Shown: one piece after another, positions 25,631-39,389 of the stretch
Layout of the letters: each line of letters begins with the position of its first letter
How positions within the stretch are numbered: the stretch's first letter is position 1
Program-made: the position numbers and the translations under genes
The notes under the pieces: generated by a model
What the model was told of the DNA's origin: nothing
Database searches by the model: none
What the model saw: only the letters and a program-made list of their open reading frames with translations
From: Blasia pusilla
Taxonomy: Eukaryota
NCBI GenBank assembly: GCA_050084515.1
Contig: CM114271.1
Coordinates: forward strand, 19,282,001 to 19,346,000
DNA length: 64,000 nt
Direction of reading: 5' to 3'

Positions 25631-26023
25631 CAAGGTTGCACAAAAATGGACAAGTTCATCCATGGGACGGACATGCCCAATAGGTTCCCCACCTGCACCC
25701 GAGCCCATGCCTAAGCATACCGAGCCCATACTCTAGACCCGGGTTGGCCGAACCCACACCTATTTTGTCGCCCATATGAAGCCCATGCACTAACCCTAAG
25801 CTTGCCCATGCCCTATGCCAGATCAGCCATGGGCTTGCCGCAGATCACGTGTGGGCTTCATGTGGGCTACAAAATGGCTGTAGGCTCGGCCAATCCAGAT
25901 CTACATTACAGGCTTGAGGGCGAGCTCGGATGCAGGGTATGGATACCCAAGCCCACATGGACATGTTCATCCTAGGAATAGACATAAGTCCGCAGACATG
26001 GACTTTGTCCTTGTGCAACCTTG
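25631..26023. mobile_element. hAT-type MITE
   Basis: TIRs caaggttgcaca / tgtgcaaccttg; 8-bp TSD tttataat/tttataac. Confidence 0.85.
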
Positions 26024-29000
26024 TTTATAACACTCTTTAATCTAACCACAACAACTTGGTTTCAACTTCTTATGGGGTAGATGGAGAAATTTGTCAATTT
26101 GGGAGGAAAAACATATGAAGGCCAAAATATGAACAAAAATTAAGACTAGAAGTTAGAAATAAATTTAATAGGAAAAATTCAGCAACAAATGAGCATGGAT
26201 GTAGACGAGAAAATCACTAGTTGTAGTGGTGACCTGTCTTGTGAAAGGCATGGGTTGTACACTAGTTATGGTAGTGACTACATCTCTATACTAATCTAAT
26301 GATTCATGAATGTAAACGCCCTTCATATAACATGTGTCTATCATTTCAAAAAACATTTAGTCATTCATAATAAGGTTTGGTGTCACACAAACTGTTAAAT
26401 ATTCAATAGTAATTTTCAAAAAATTCATAATATTTGATAAACATTTGCTCTATTGAGCATCACATTATTGATGTAGTATCTATTTTTTGCCTATGTGGCA
26501 ACCAAAACCTTGAATGTCATTTTTTTCCCAAATTCCCAAATATTTGATCTTGAATATTCTGGTGAACTTCAATCAAATTAAGACTCACTTATGGATCCAA
26601 ATTTAGTCATGTTATTGAGTACTTCTTACAAGATTACTTATGTTATTTTTTGTAAGGAAATATCCTTTGAATTTCCAACCATTTACATATTCCTGTTTTG
26701 GCATCAAAAATTATTAAATAACTTTTTAACATTAATCTTTAAATTACCTTAAAACTCAAAAATTTTAATCATTTAAATATTCCTCTTTTTTCCTATCATT
26801 AAAAATTACATTTACCCTTATTTCTTGAGCCCCAAAACCCTTTTCAAAACCACTTTTGATTGGTATTGTTTTCAATTTCTTACATCCATGGCTCTATTTG
26901 GTTGAATTATTTCTTCCATGCATTGCTCATAATACTGAAAGTTAAAGCACTTAGATTCTTATGTTGGAAAGATTTGGTTAATGCATTTGTTCATGTCTTG
27001 CTTAACTACCATAGGAAGACATTATTTATTTAAATATTGATTGCTTTGATGGATGTTTAGTAGAATTGGAAAATTTTCAAACTCTTGGAAATGAGAGTGG
27101 GAGTCAAATATGGCTGTTATTATGGTACACCCTCTAGATCCATGTCCGGAGAAAATATGAACTATTATTATATAAAAGGGTAGGTCTTGGTTCCAAACAC
27201 TTCCTTAATTCTGTATTAATTTTCCTGGTCCCAGATAATTTCCTGGTCTTACTAACAATCTTTGCTTCTCCTTCTTAAGGGAGAGGCTAAACCCCCTTAA
27301 TAAACACAAGTTAGGACCTGTGAAGGACCGTGTTATGCAGGGTCCTATAATTTGATGTAATTATGCATATATACTATAGACGCGCCCAGGTTCCTCAGAG
27401 TGATGTATTAAAAACCTATTTTATATGATAGACATAGATGTCACGCGTCATACATTCCTATGTTAAAAAGACATGCGGTGAACTCTCAAGTTGTCGCCAT
27501 TTGAGAACGCTCCTCAAATAATAGTATAGATTCTAATCTTCACTAAAAATTATCTCCACTTCTCCACTTCTTGGGAGTACCAAAGAATTTTTTTGACCAT
27601 CCCACCTCTCCTCAAATTCAAATATGACCTCATTTTCTCCCTTGAATTTTACAAGTCTCAAAATGTCAAAGAAAGATTAAAAATAAAAATAATAAATGTG
27701 CTGATATTCTATCTTATTACCAAGAAAACAATAATAATATAGATGAACAAATGTTTAGATATCATAAGAACCCAAAAAATTTAACTTTTGAGATTCAATA
27801 AACTATATCCAAAATTTTAATGGAATGAGCATGAAAAGTGAATTTTCTTACGACACCATAAACGAGTGGTTCTCCTGTTGGAAATAATATGTACAGAATG
27901 TATTGAAAATAGGTAACAAGTTTTGTTTTGTGTATGAGGATCGCGTGATTGTCTAAATCATGCACGCCCACTCTCACACGATCTCGTATATGCCATTGCC
28001 AAACGTACTCTCATTGACATGCTTATTCCTTTGCGACGGACCTCCCAAAGGTCGCCCGATCACCGTCCGTCGCAGTGCCATAGATCCCGGTCTGGAATAA
28101 TTCTGAAATTTGGGGCGCAACCTCATCCCGAACCTAAAATGCTGGGCTGGGAACATCCCGAACAGGGCGTACTCCGTCGTGTTTCGTCACAGAAGTCTCC
28201 CGGTATCCGGCGTTTTACCAGCAGGTTTGGGGACCAGCAGCCGTGACGAAGACAATGGGAATCCGTAGGGGCCTACGGGATCGGTTGACCACCGTACAGG
28301 CATGTACCCCAGGGACACTACGCGCGGTCGTAGCCACGTCTACGTTGGCCACCGCAGCAGCCGTGAGGTAAGGCGATGGGAGCCCGTAGGATCCCCCTAC
28401 GGGATCGACTGAGCGACGTTCCGGCATGCATCGCAGGGTCGCGACTCGCGCCGGCGCCACGTTGATGGTGGTCACTGCGGCAGCCGTGACGAGCACAACC
28501 GGCGCTCATAGAAGCCTACGGCATCCGTTGAGAGCCGTTCCGGAAAGTACCAGAGGGTGACGGCGCGCGCCGGAGCCACATGGGCATGAGGGAAATAGAG
28601 CGTCTCATATAACGGACGTAAATCTCGTTACGGGTGTCTGACCATAAAATATTTATGTCGTAGGTTGTTTTGTTTGTTTTCTTAAATTTAATATTGTTCA
28701 GAGCTTGTATTTCCGCCACCTCCGGCACCGCGCTCTCAAGAGACCATAAATCCGTAAATTTTCTATGGCCACGACGTCCACGACTGGACCTAAATTATGA
28801 GACGCTCTAATAAGCCGGAGCTCCTGGTCTGAAATAAAGTCAAGAGGAGCGAGTCCTCCTAAAAATTGGTTTACCCCAGACCTGCAATTATGGGCTGCCG
28901 AAGCTGGGATTGGGAGGCCCGGAACTGGGATCAGTAGCCACAGTCGCGACTACGATCATGGGCCTGTGGGAACCGTTTGGACGGTGGCCCGGGCTCACGG

Positions 29001-29733
29001 TGGATTCGAAGCCATCCGAGCTGAAAATTAGCCGTAACAGTAACTCAGAGGTGGGGTAGGTCACATGTGCAGAGATTCAGAGAAGGTGTACTCATTCCGC
29101 TTCTGGCTCTATGTAAAGATTCGAATTTTTTGTTTTAATATTTGAGTGTTTTAGGGACACACTACTCGGATATTGGGAGAGGAGGGTGTGTTCGGTTGTT
29201 GATGAAGTCCCTATCACAAAAATAAAACTGGTGCTAGTTCATTCCAAATGCACATTTTCTTCACATGTATCTGCAGCCGATGAAATATACTTCATTTCGG
29301 AAATTCATTACTGTTGGAATGTTTTAATTTCACTGTTTTCAAAACCATTTCTAAAAGCTTCACCTATGATCATGAATGCTTATTTTACTCTTAGACGCTT
29401 TCATTTCTTAGAAGTAAAGTGGGAAAAAACTTCTCCATCTAGTCTTTACCTCTCCAATTCCTTCCACACTAGGCAAAGAGGGCATTAATTTCCTTGAAGT
29501 AAAGTGGGGAAAAGTCTTCTCCATCCAATGTCACCTCTCCCATTCCTTGATACATTATCCCAAAGCTTTTGAGTCGCTGTGTTGAGGGGTTCGTAGTGCA
29601 CTTGGGTACCATAGACCGTTGCATGGGTCCAATGGGAAACAGCAGAGGTGTTGGGCGAAAGAGGGCATCAGATGGAGGCCTTCTAATCGTGCCACAATAG
29701 GTGTTGGGGGGGTGGGGGGGATTGGGAGCAGGG

Positions 29734-29991
29734 CAAGGTTGCACACGGTCAAAGTCCGTGTCCGCAGACTTATGTCCGTCTTATGGACGGACATGTTCGT
29801 GCGGACCCGGGTACCTGAGGCTTGGCACCCAAGCCCGCAGCCCGCACCCGTTGCATGGCCCGCAACCCAACCTAGGGTGGGAGCCCGCCACCTAGACCGG
29901 GCTTCGGGCTCGGATGTGGGCCGGGCATGTCCGAGGACATGTACAGATATGTCTATCCCATGGATGAGTTTTCCAATTCCATTCAACCTTG
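29734..29991. mobile_element. hAT-type MITE
   Basis: TIRs caaggttg / caaccttg; TSD gagcaggg/gatcaggg. Confidence 0.8.
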
Positions 29992-30059
29992 GATCAGGGG
30001 GCACATGTCTACGAACTTTTATCCGTTGTAGGGATGAATATGTCCATGCATGCCCAAAC

Positions 30060-31800
30060 CAGGGTTACACACAGACAAAGGTTTGTGTGCAACCCTAGTC
30101 CGTCCTATGGACGGACATGTCTATGCGGGCCCTGATACCACCGGTCCGCACCCGCATGGTTGCAAGCCTGTTGCAGGCCACGCAACGGGTGTGGGCTCTA
30201 TCAGCCCGAGTCTATGTGGCGGGCTCAAGTGCGGGTCGGGCATGTTTGAGAACATATCCGGACTTGTCAAAGGCATAGGATGATTTAAATACCTTTGGGT
30301 AGGAATAATTTAAAAAAAAATCAAATCACTATTAATAATAGGAAGGACTATGCAACCTACAATTGATGCAAAGGGAAATTCATATATATAATCTTAATAG
30401 ATTACAAAAACATCTAAGCTAGTGGGGAATCCATTTGGATAAAGAATAGGAGGAGGCAAGATATTAAAATGTGTAAATTCTCCTTGTTTAATATAGTTGC
30501 CATTGAAAAAATTAGGTGATGCATGCATGATAAGTAAAGGTGGGAAGACACATTTTTTTTAGTCTAAAAAGCGAGAGAACAAAGGAATTTATGAAACTCG
30601 TGGTTCTACCAATGCCACACATGAGGCTCTTGTGAGGCAAAATATTAATCCTATCATTCATACTAATAATGGGAGTCCTCTAGCGATAATTTAGAAGCAA
30701 AAACTTAATATCCTATATAGTCATCCTAGACTACAGCCAAAAACTCTTTGTCAACAAAGAAATGGTGGATTCTAATTCAGCTTTGGGAAGGTGTGCATTC
30801 TCTTCCTCATGGTAGACTCAAAATCATGAGTTCATGGATCAAAAGTTTGTACTTACATCTAAAATGACGAGATGTCTTTTAACTCAACAAAGAATCCACA
30901 TTTTCAAGAGGCATTAAGGACAATAGCTAGATTGGGGTTTCCATACCCTAGATTTGATCTATACAGGATGAGATGCAAGAACTACTTTCGTGCAAGGCTC
31001 ATATTGAAGTAAATGTGAATAGGCTGATGGAGATATGGAAGAGATACAAATATACCATTTTCAATGACAAGTGGACCAATTTCCAAGGAAGTATTTTGGT
31101 ACCCTGCATAGAGGGAGAATGTTTCATTGAGGTTCACCTTGCCTATGGTGTGATCAAGAATACAAAATGGATAATATTAGCAAGAATTATAGTTTTTCAC
31201 ATCAACAACATGGACTCAGAATTTTATTCAACTTTTCATAGATAATGCAAAAACTTGAAAGTTGGTAGGTTCCTTTGTTATTGAAGCTCGTCCTCGTATT
31301 TTATGGAGAGGTTATGTTGCTCATGGTATGTACTGGATCTAGTTTGTGAAGATTGAAGGAGGATTAGATGTTTTCCAGTTATTTTCTCAATGTTGTAATA
31401 CAATGAAATTCATCAATAATCACCATGCTACCCATTGTATGTTTTTGTTCTTGTAATCCAATGGGTTCATCATGGGAGAACAATAGCAACATCAACCCAT
31501 TACAACATCTAATGGGTTTACATGGGACAACCAGATTAACCACTAATTACCTTAGTTTGGATGGGGTTTCTAAGCTTCAATTATGTTTAAAACATATGGT
31601 GATTGGTTAAGGCATTTCACAAGTGTTGCTAATGTAAACACAAGTTGGAGGTTGAGAATGTTTGGAGATCAATGTTGGATTCTAGACCAAAGTATATGAT
31701 TTCCGAGAGTTTGTTTTGGAATTTTATATCTTGATTTGATTGGTGGATGATCATACGGAAATCATTGAGAAAATCTAATATCAAACTTAGTGTGTGAAGG
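30060..31800 (+). mobile_element. Degenerate hAT element with transposase remnant
   Basis: TIR-like cagggttacac at 30060 plus GGAC subterminal motifs. Peptides MSFNSTKNPHFQEALRTIA, WKRYKYTIFNDKWTN (cf. SDGWTD), FIDNAKT*KLVG...ILWRGYVAH (cf. TDNA...FWTPC.AH), KFINNH, GTTRLTTNYL. Confidence 0.75.
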
Positions 31801-33929
31801 ATAAGGTGGAGACATCCTCAGATAAGCCTAATTATGATAATAATCTTATTACTAAGAATATTTCAAATAAAAAAGAAAAATTACCTTGACAAAAGGTGGA
31901 GGTGAAAGTTCTCATAGTGTAGATGTTTTGTAGTTTCATACCAACTCTTTGGAGACCTCCAGTTACCACTCTTTTGTGGAAATAATTTTGAGTAAATACA
32001 CTCGACTATTTCGTGCATTATGTCATATTGTGAAGCTTCGAGTGGATTATGGAAAAAAACTTAAGACCATTTAAAAAAGTGTAACTCCAAAAAGGAAAAG
32101 AAAAAAAGAAAGAAAGATAACTCTCTACATACAGTTTTCCCTCTCAATTACTTAATATTCCTACCCACGCTTATGCTCTAATAACTTTCTGCAATTTTTA
32201 TTTAAGAAGAAGAGGAAATTAATTATAATTCTTTGGGATGATTTAAATAACCTGAAAATTACGTAAATTTCTTATTGCACACTGAATAGTGATTTTTATA
32301 TATTTGAAATAAAAATTGGCTCTTTGGAGTGAAAAAAAAAGAAAAGCTATAAGCGCTTTGGATATTGAAATAGTCAGTCCTCATTTCTTTGTAATAATTT
32401 AAGTTTTATTATGCCAACCCTTACGACAACGTTAGGAAATATTTTTCCAATATATATACTAATTGGAGGATGTAATTTTTTGTAGTTGCTCTCTTGTGTG
32501 ACACCTGTCACTAGATGCTCTAAAAAACACTTTTGTCACATTCATGGGGTCATATAGAAATTGAAACATGAATTACAAGGATTTGTGAATCGTATGGTCC
32601 CTTACAGGTTCTAACAAATATTCTTTGAAAGCGGAAACAAAGAAATAAAGTATCGGGAAAGTACTTGTTGGATTCTCAAAATCCACCTTTCATCGTGCAT
32701 AATAAATCAATCGCCCACCAACCATCGCCTATACCGTGATTTGCTTTGAAACCATGTCGTAGAGGCCTTCCTCTACTTCCTCAGGGTTCACGTTGAAGCT
32801 CTCCCAACCTTGAGCTTTGCAAGTAGAAGTCTTAGTTTGAGTCCCAAAGACTCAACCGATTGCACGTTCCGTAGGTAGCCGAGAAGCCGCCAAATGCTAA
32901 TCGGATCAAATTATCCCAAGTAAAAAGTGTCTCCTCTTTTCGTAAAGTTTTTAAAACTCATAATTACACTAAGTTAAATATTAAAACACTTGTAAAAAAA
33001 ATCCTCAAAAATTGAGGAATACGAGCATCCATTTGGGACAAGTTTTAATTTTCTCATACCAACCTTACATGTAATTGTCAACCATTCTTACAAAGGAAAA
33101 AATTCACAAATTATAATGAAAGAGTATCTATTGAAAAAGCGTTAAGCTCTTTTTTTAAACATAAGGCCATTCATCCAAAGAATAGTAAAGAGAAAATGGT
33201 TTTTTTTAACACTATTAAGATTTTTCTTTAAAATCATGAAAGTAAGATAAGTGTAGAAATAATGAGTACTAATCCAATTTATGGAAATTTGTATCCAAAC
33301 ATATTGTGGAAAAAAAACTCCGAAAAATATAAGGGCATTGAAATACAAATCATACATTTAATAATAAATTAAATCAATGGTGATGACTTAATGCAATAAG
33401 CCCAATTATTTTTCTATTTCTAACCCTCACAGTAAAAGAAATTTTAATTTTTAAATAATTTTGATGAAAAAAGTAGGAAATATAACTAATACAAATTCAA
33501 GGAATTATATTTTCAAATTAGGAAAATTGAGGATGTTCTAAGCCTACCTTTACGAAAAAAAATGAATATTTCTTATTATGGAAAATTTAATTTTAATTTA
33601 AAAAAAAAACCAAGATTGTCTCTAAAAAATAATAAATAATGAATATTAAATCTATTTTTTCTCGGTAATTAAAATATTTAAAAAAATTTCTGGACGAAAA
33701 TTTTCCAAGCCCTTTACTCACTTACTCGGGAGTCTCACTTCCATGGAAGAGACCCATCATGTACGACAAAGTATAGGGTTTTCTAATTCCATTTCAGAGA
33801 AGACTTGTAAAGTTTTGTGGAAGAACTTAAGGATATTTTTAACATAGGGAAACACTTATAATAACAATAGAGCATTATTAATTATAAGTGTGTACATGGA
33901 ATATGTTCAAGGAAGTAAGGGGCAGATAA

Positions 33930-34710
33930 GAAAATATGAGACCAAATTTAGGGTTGACGATTTTTATTTTCATGCGTGGGTGGTCATTTCAAGTTTTGAT
34001 TTTTCCCTTATGTTCTTGGGCTTGGATTGCCTCTTTGCCAAAAGTTTCATGATTTTTGGAATCCTTGTTGAGGGGGAGGGAAGAAAACTAGGGGTCAAGA
34101 CGGAAGAGGATGGTTCTAAGTAGGAATGTTTCAAGGGTTTATTTCATTTTCATGTTCACATTAAGGTATGTTTTGTTCCAACCATTGGATGGTGTTGAAA
34201 CTTGGCACGTGCCTTTTAATTAAATGCGTTGCAAACTTCAACGGTTCAGATCTGCTCTCTTGGCTTCTATACTCAAACAAATAATAAGAGACCATTTTTA
34301 GGGTTTACGATTTTTATTTGCATGCATGCAAGGTCATTTCAAGTTTTTATTTTTTAATTGTGTTCTTGGGCTTAGATTGCTTCTTTGGAAAAAGTTTGAT
34401 GATTTTTGGAATTCTGGTTGAGGGGGAGGGAAGAAAAAAACTAGGGATCAAGACGGAAGAGGATGGTTCCAAGTAGGAATGTTTCAAGGGTTTGTCTCAT
34501 TTTAATGTTCATATTGAGGTATGTTTTGTTCCAACCATTGGATGGTGTTGAAACTTGGAATATGTGTTTGAATTAAATGCGTTGCAAACTTCAACGGTTT
34601 AGATCTGCCATTATCGCTTCCATAGTCAAAGAAAAAATGGAAGACTATTTTTAGGGTTCAGGATTTGAAGTCTCTCTGTTCGTATGCTTGGATTGCTTCT
34701 TTTGGAAAAG
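33930..34710 (+). repeat. ~353-bp tandem array related to 8203-9380
   Basis: accattggatggtg / aacggtt.agatctg anchors at about 34243 and 34596. Confidence 0.8.
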
Positions 34711-35426
34711 TTTTTTTACGCTAGCATTAATTTTTCTGGATAATTTTTTATCCTAACTAATTTGGGCACTTACCTTTTTGGAAGAGTGGTATATTTTATT
34801 TTTAATCAATTTCACCGCACACCCCTCCTCGCCTTACAGCCGCTTTGCTACTCCCTCGTCTACTTCGCCATTGCTAATGTCCAGCTTGCCTTCACCCTCT
34901 GCTGGTCCCTCGTCTCCCTTGCCGTTGCAAGCGTCGAGCTTGCCTTCACCCGCCCCTCTCTTGCTCTCTCTCTCTCTCGCACACGATGATTTCTACCAAA
35001 GTCTGCTGATCCCCCTCCAAACGAGAAACGAAAGAGCTCGGAGCTCAGAGGTGAGTTTCCGCCCATGTTTGCAGTTTGAGTTAAGAGTTTGAGAAATCTG
35101 CATTTGCACTATGTGGATTTGCTCACTTGAAAGCAGAAGGAGTGAGATTTATTCTCTTCATGTATTCAAACCTTGTGCGGACTTCGTTACAAGCAAGCAA
35201 GCAGGTTCCTTCTAGGCTTCGTGGTCCGTCCGTCTCTCTTTCGGGCTCCGTTTCAAGAAACAAAGCTCGTAAGCAGGCCGCGGATCCTGTCCTATGGAAG
35301 CACTCCTCTCTTTTCTTCCATTTCTTCTTCTTCCTCTTAAGGGGTGGTAGATTCTATCGATCTAAGGGTAAGGACAAATAGTAAGGATTGTGATACAAAC
35401 ATCAACCCATTGGTGTTCTCATTCAG

Positions 35427-35745
35427 GACAGGTGGTCTAATGGCTGCCATTTTCTCCATCTGCTTCGCACCATGGAGATTGATCTAGTCTAGTGAGGCCT
35501 TTATCTACACTTGGCTGATAGGATACTCTGCTCTGTTGGGTCTTATTGGAGGCATTGTTGTAATGGATTATTTCTTAGTCAGGAACCAAAATCTGGGTAT
35601 ATCGGACCTCTCCTCTTTGAATCCTAAAGATCAATATTGGTATTCCGGAGGCTTTAATTTGAAAGCTATAGTAGCTCTTGGAGTGGAGTGGAGCCAAACA
35701 TTCCAAGGTTCCTGTTCACAGCCAGGCTACTTAACAATGTGCCCA
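35427..35745 (+). pseudogene. NCS1: Single-exon fragment of a nucleobase:cation symporter-1 (purine-uracil permease)
   Basis: [72 protein letters not shown] closely resembles plant NCS1. One stop, frameshifts, AG acceptor at 35425-35426. Confidence 0.85.
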
Positions 35746-36372
35746 CGTTACGTTTTCTACAACTCCTGTTTGTGTGTACTTGTAATTTTCTATGAGGAGA
35801 GCATCGATAGAGAAATCTGGAGTAAATTTATTTATATCATGTAATGAGCTTACTTATATATTTTTTACAGGGCCCATGGACAAAATAGCCACTTGGGAAA
35901 GTGTTCTAGGTAGATGTCAAGGTCTCCACTTATGATCCTAGATTGATTTTTACTTATCCAACTGTAGAAGCTATGCCGAAGCTGAGAGAACTTTCAGGCG
36001 GACATGAAGGTGATGTTACACTTAGGGATCCAATCTGATAACAGGTAGGATGCATTGTATTATGAATCAGTGCAATTGTTCGGAGTTCTCTCCAGTCAAG
36101 CCCTTCACTGAGTGTTTACATTGAAACCTATACACGCATGGTAGTAAGAACATGAGATTTGTTAATGAGAAGTAATGACAGATACATCTTGAACCTGTTT
36201 AATTGAAAACACTCTAAACACACAGGGGAATAAAGAGTGGTAATTGGGCCAGGCAGATATACTCAAGCCTACCAGATCCAGTCAGCGTCACTTTGACCAC
36301 ACCACGGTTGTTTTCCTGTGAAGGTGGTGGGTGTACAATCACACATAGAGATGCTGCCCACTGTATCTTCCT

Positions 36373-36659
36373 ATGAGAAAACAAAAAGTGACGAAATCAC
36401 TGAAATCTTTACAAAACTTAGAGATACAAAGTGGCCTAGTCCGTCCGTGCGCTCACAGAAGAGCTTCGATGGAACCTGAACACGGACATAACTCGACATA
36501 CGAGAAATGCGCTATCGCTGCGGCTCCTAAAACCACCTACGTCATATTACTATGACTCCTCCGACGTCTAAGTCGGAACCATCAATCTAGGCTTCTCCTC
36601 ATACAAGGGGGCCGATCAGATTTATGGTGCTTAGAGAAGTGGATGTTGAGAATCCAACA
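36373..36659 (+). repeat. LTR family Y fragment
   Basis: Reverse complement of 13240-13095 joined to 12945-12811; ends ccaaca. Confidence 0.8.
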
Positions 36660-37127
36660 CTTCCACACTCATCTTTACGTCTTGTGTTATTTGTAGGGAA
36701 GTCCTGACAACCTGCAATACCACTGCCACATTTTGTTACTTGGATCACTGTTAGGACATAAGTATGCACCACACCTGGTTTACACATCCACTTTGCTCGG
36801 GTTACGTATTTTTTCTACTTATTGAGGCTTGGAGGCATCTCTTTGTGAAAGTCTCCATTCATGTAGACTTTTACTATCATCCAAAGAAGTTCATCTTTGG
36901 ATGGTATGGTTCGTTCTATTAAAACAAAGTTCGTTCTAATAGTAAGGATCGTGGTACAAATTCTCACATATTATACCACCAACCACAAAGGGGCTCTCAG
37001 TGGGTCCTTGTTGCGGCTTTGCAGCCTTAATGAAGCCGAGAAGAAAAGAAGGCGGCATGATAGTTGCCAAAGAGTAACTATCAAGTGAATCTATTTTCTA
37101 TTGCTCCTTTAGAGCATGGATCCCGCA

Positions 37128-37421
37128 GCTATTGGATGCACATATACGATTACCCCTGAGACTCCAAGGGTAAATGTATTTGAAATTGGACCTTTGTAAA
37201 CTATTCAAGATGTATAATAGCATGGATAAGATGTAAAGCCTCAAATCGAGACCACTACGTTTATGCTATTGGATGCACATATACGATTACCCCTGAGACT
37301 CCAAGGGTAAATGTATTTGAAATCCAGGCGAAATGGTTAAACACCTTTAGTAAACTATTCAAGATGTATAATAGCATGGATAAGATGTAAAGCCTCAAAT
37401 CGAGACCACTACGTTTATGCT
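37128..37421 (+). repeat. ~137-bp tandem duplication
   Basis: gctattggatgcacatatacg...cgtttatgct at 37128 and 37265; second copy has a short insert. Confidence 0.85.
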
Positions 37422-37710
37422 TGTGTTTGCATTAGCCTTACTAAAATTTATGTGTATAATTCATGATTACATGTGCTAGCATCCTCTTTGTGCAAGGTGT
37501 ATTGAAGGAGACCATAGGGAAGTGACTACCCTATTGGAAGCCATTAGATTTGACCACCATTGGGCTGCAGCTCCTTTTTCCGCATCATAGAGAGTCATCG
37601 CTGGTGATTGTTCTCTGCCGTGGGTAAGAATTGCGCACACATACATACACACACACAATGGCAAATGTTCCCTTGCTAGATCAATACTCATATGTTGAGA
37701 GCATCATCGG

Positions 37711-38355
37711 ATGGATCCCCCATGCTGCTTTTCTTGTGATCAGGGAGGTGATGTTATTATTTGTGATGGTGCTTGTCGTTGCCATTTTCACTGGATTGGA
37801 GGTGGCATGCCCACCAACCCAGATAGTGGCAAGAGTAAGACGTGCATCCTTGTTGTGCTCCCTGGAAATCAAGATTGGAGTGGACCTTGGGTATATGACC
37901 TATGTGTTGATCATAGAGCCATTTTTTTTTCTTATGGGCTGGTTGGTCATGTTGTTGGGCATATTGAGTTTGAGACACGACTCATCAAGTGTGCTCACCC
38001 GGATTTTTACTCCTTTTATCACCCAGGATGTGTGAAGACATGCTTGCTTGTCGGAGGACTATTGCAGGCTCACCTCGAGGCTGACACAGTGCAGAACCCT
38101 TATGTTGCTCCTAATGCACTCATCTGCTCCTGTCACTATTGTGATGCATGCAAGGTATATCATGCTGGCATATACGACTTAGTGCAGTGTCGTAGATGTC
38201 CCCATGCTTGGTGTTATGTTCAGACCCCACGAGGCAAGAGACACTTGCACAAAGGCTGTGATGTTAATGGCAGGTGGAATTTTGGTGAGTGGCAACTTGT
38301 GTATTGCCATCATCATATAATTCAAGAGGGCCAGTGTGTGCCTACTCGCGAGTGA
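37711..38355 (+). pseudogene. Intronless EDM2/NSD-type composite triple PHD finger ORF (decaying)
   Basis: CFSCDQGGDVIICDGACRCHFH...KCAHPD..FYHPGCV...ICSCHYCDAC...VQCRRCPHAW...LVYCHHHI...PTRE is collinear with the EDM2 PHD cluster. Several Cys are Tyr/Phe; upstream in-frame stop. Confidence 0.75.
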
Positions 38356-38860
38356 ACCTACCATGCAACTAGCCCCTTAGACTACTTTCTAAGATACTCC
38401 AATTGGGTAATAGATGCAAGTTAGGCCACTAGATTTTGGGATTTAGGATTGAATATTTAAAAGAAAATGTTTGCCCGTGGTGGCTTTAAACGGAATGTCT
38501 TAAATTAAGGAGATGACATGACTGTGTAAACAAATTTCTACTAAGTGAGATTGAATGCAAAGAAGCATTTAATTGTAGAATTGCTTTGGATCTGATCTGT
38601 GGTGTTGTATTCTCTGTTGTGGTTTGTATAACAGGTTTATGCGTGTATCCCCATAGTTTCCAATGCGTGTATCCCCATAGTATCAGATTGGTTGAAAAGA
38701 GGGGTGAAGGAGAGATATTTGTGTTTTAGGTTATTTAGATGGGCCGAGACTAGTAGACCTGCGCTTGAAATGTTCTGCAATTGTGGAATTTGATTTTGAT
38801 TTTTGGGACTTTAGGCTCCCTGATAGAACGCATCGAAATGCAGCGTAGGTCATTCTGCTG

Positions 38861-39350
38861 ATGGAATTGGATGGTATAGTAGGTGTCATTCAACAATTAC
38901 CTGTAGGCCCTTGTGGGAGGACAATGCAAGTGTCCTCCCAATCTTTTGCATCCACCTTGTCTATTACAACCGAGACTATAACAGGTTTAGCTCCAGTGTC
39001 TGAGAACCATATTGAAATTGAGGCACATCCGATAGGTTCAATTGATATCACAAACCAAGGTTTTGTCCGGGCCTTGTTTGAGTCAATGTTGATGGTAGAT
39101 CCAGCTGCAAAATGCTGGAATGATGAGTTTATGAGATTAGGGAAGTGGGTTGAGAAGAATGGATACAAGGATCACAATTGGAGGGTGAGGACATAGGACG
39201 ATGGAACAGATGTCAAAGGACATCTAGAGTGTTTGGAGTGTAGAGTAAACTATAGGAATGTAGAGAATTCCCAAAATGTGAAAGCTATTGCAAATTGCTT
39301 TAGCAATTTTAGGACAAAGCATCTAGTTAACCCGAAACATAAGGACTATT
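38861..39350 (+). pseudogene. Unknown ORF remnant with a C2H2-like zinc finger
   Basis: Reading through the TAG at 39194: GHLECLECRVNY...CFSNFRTKHLVNPKH. Confidence 0.35.
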
Positions 39351-39389
39351 CTTTATGGTAATCCTAGATCTAGGATGTGTATAGTCCAA

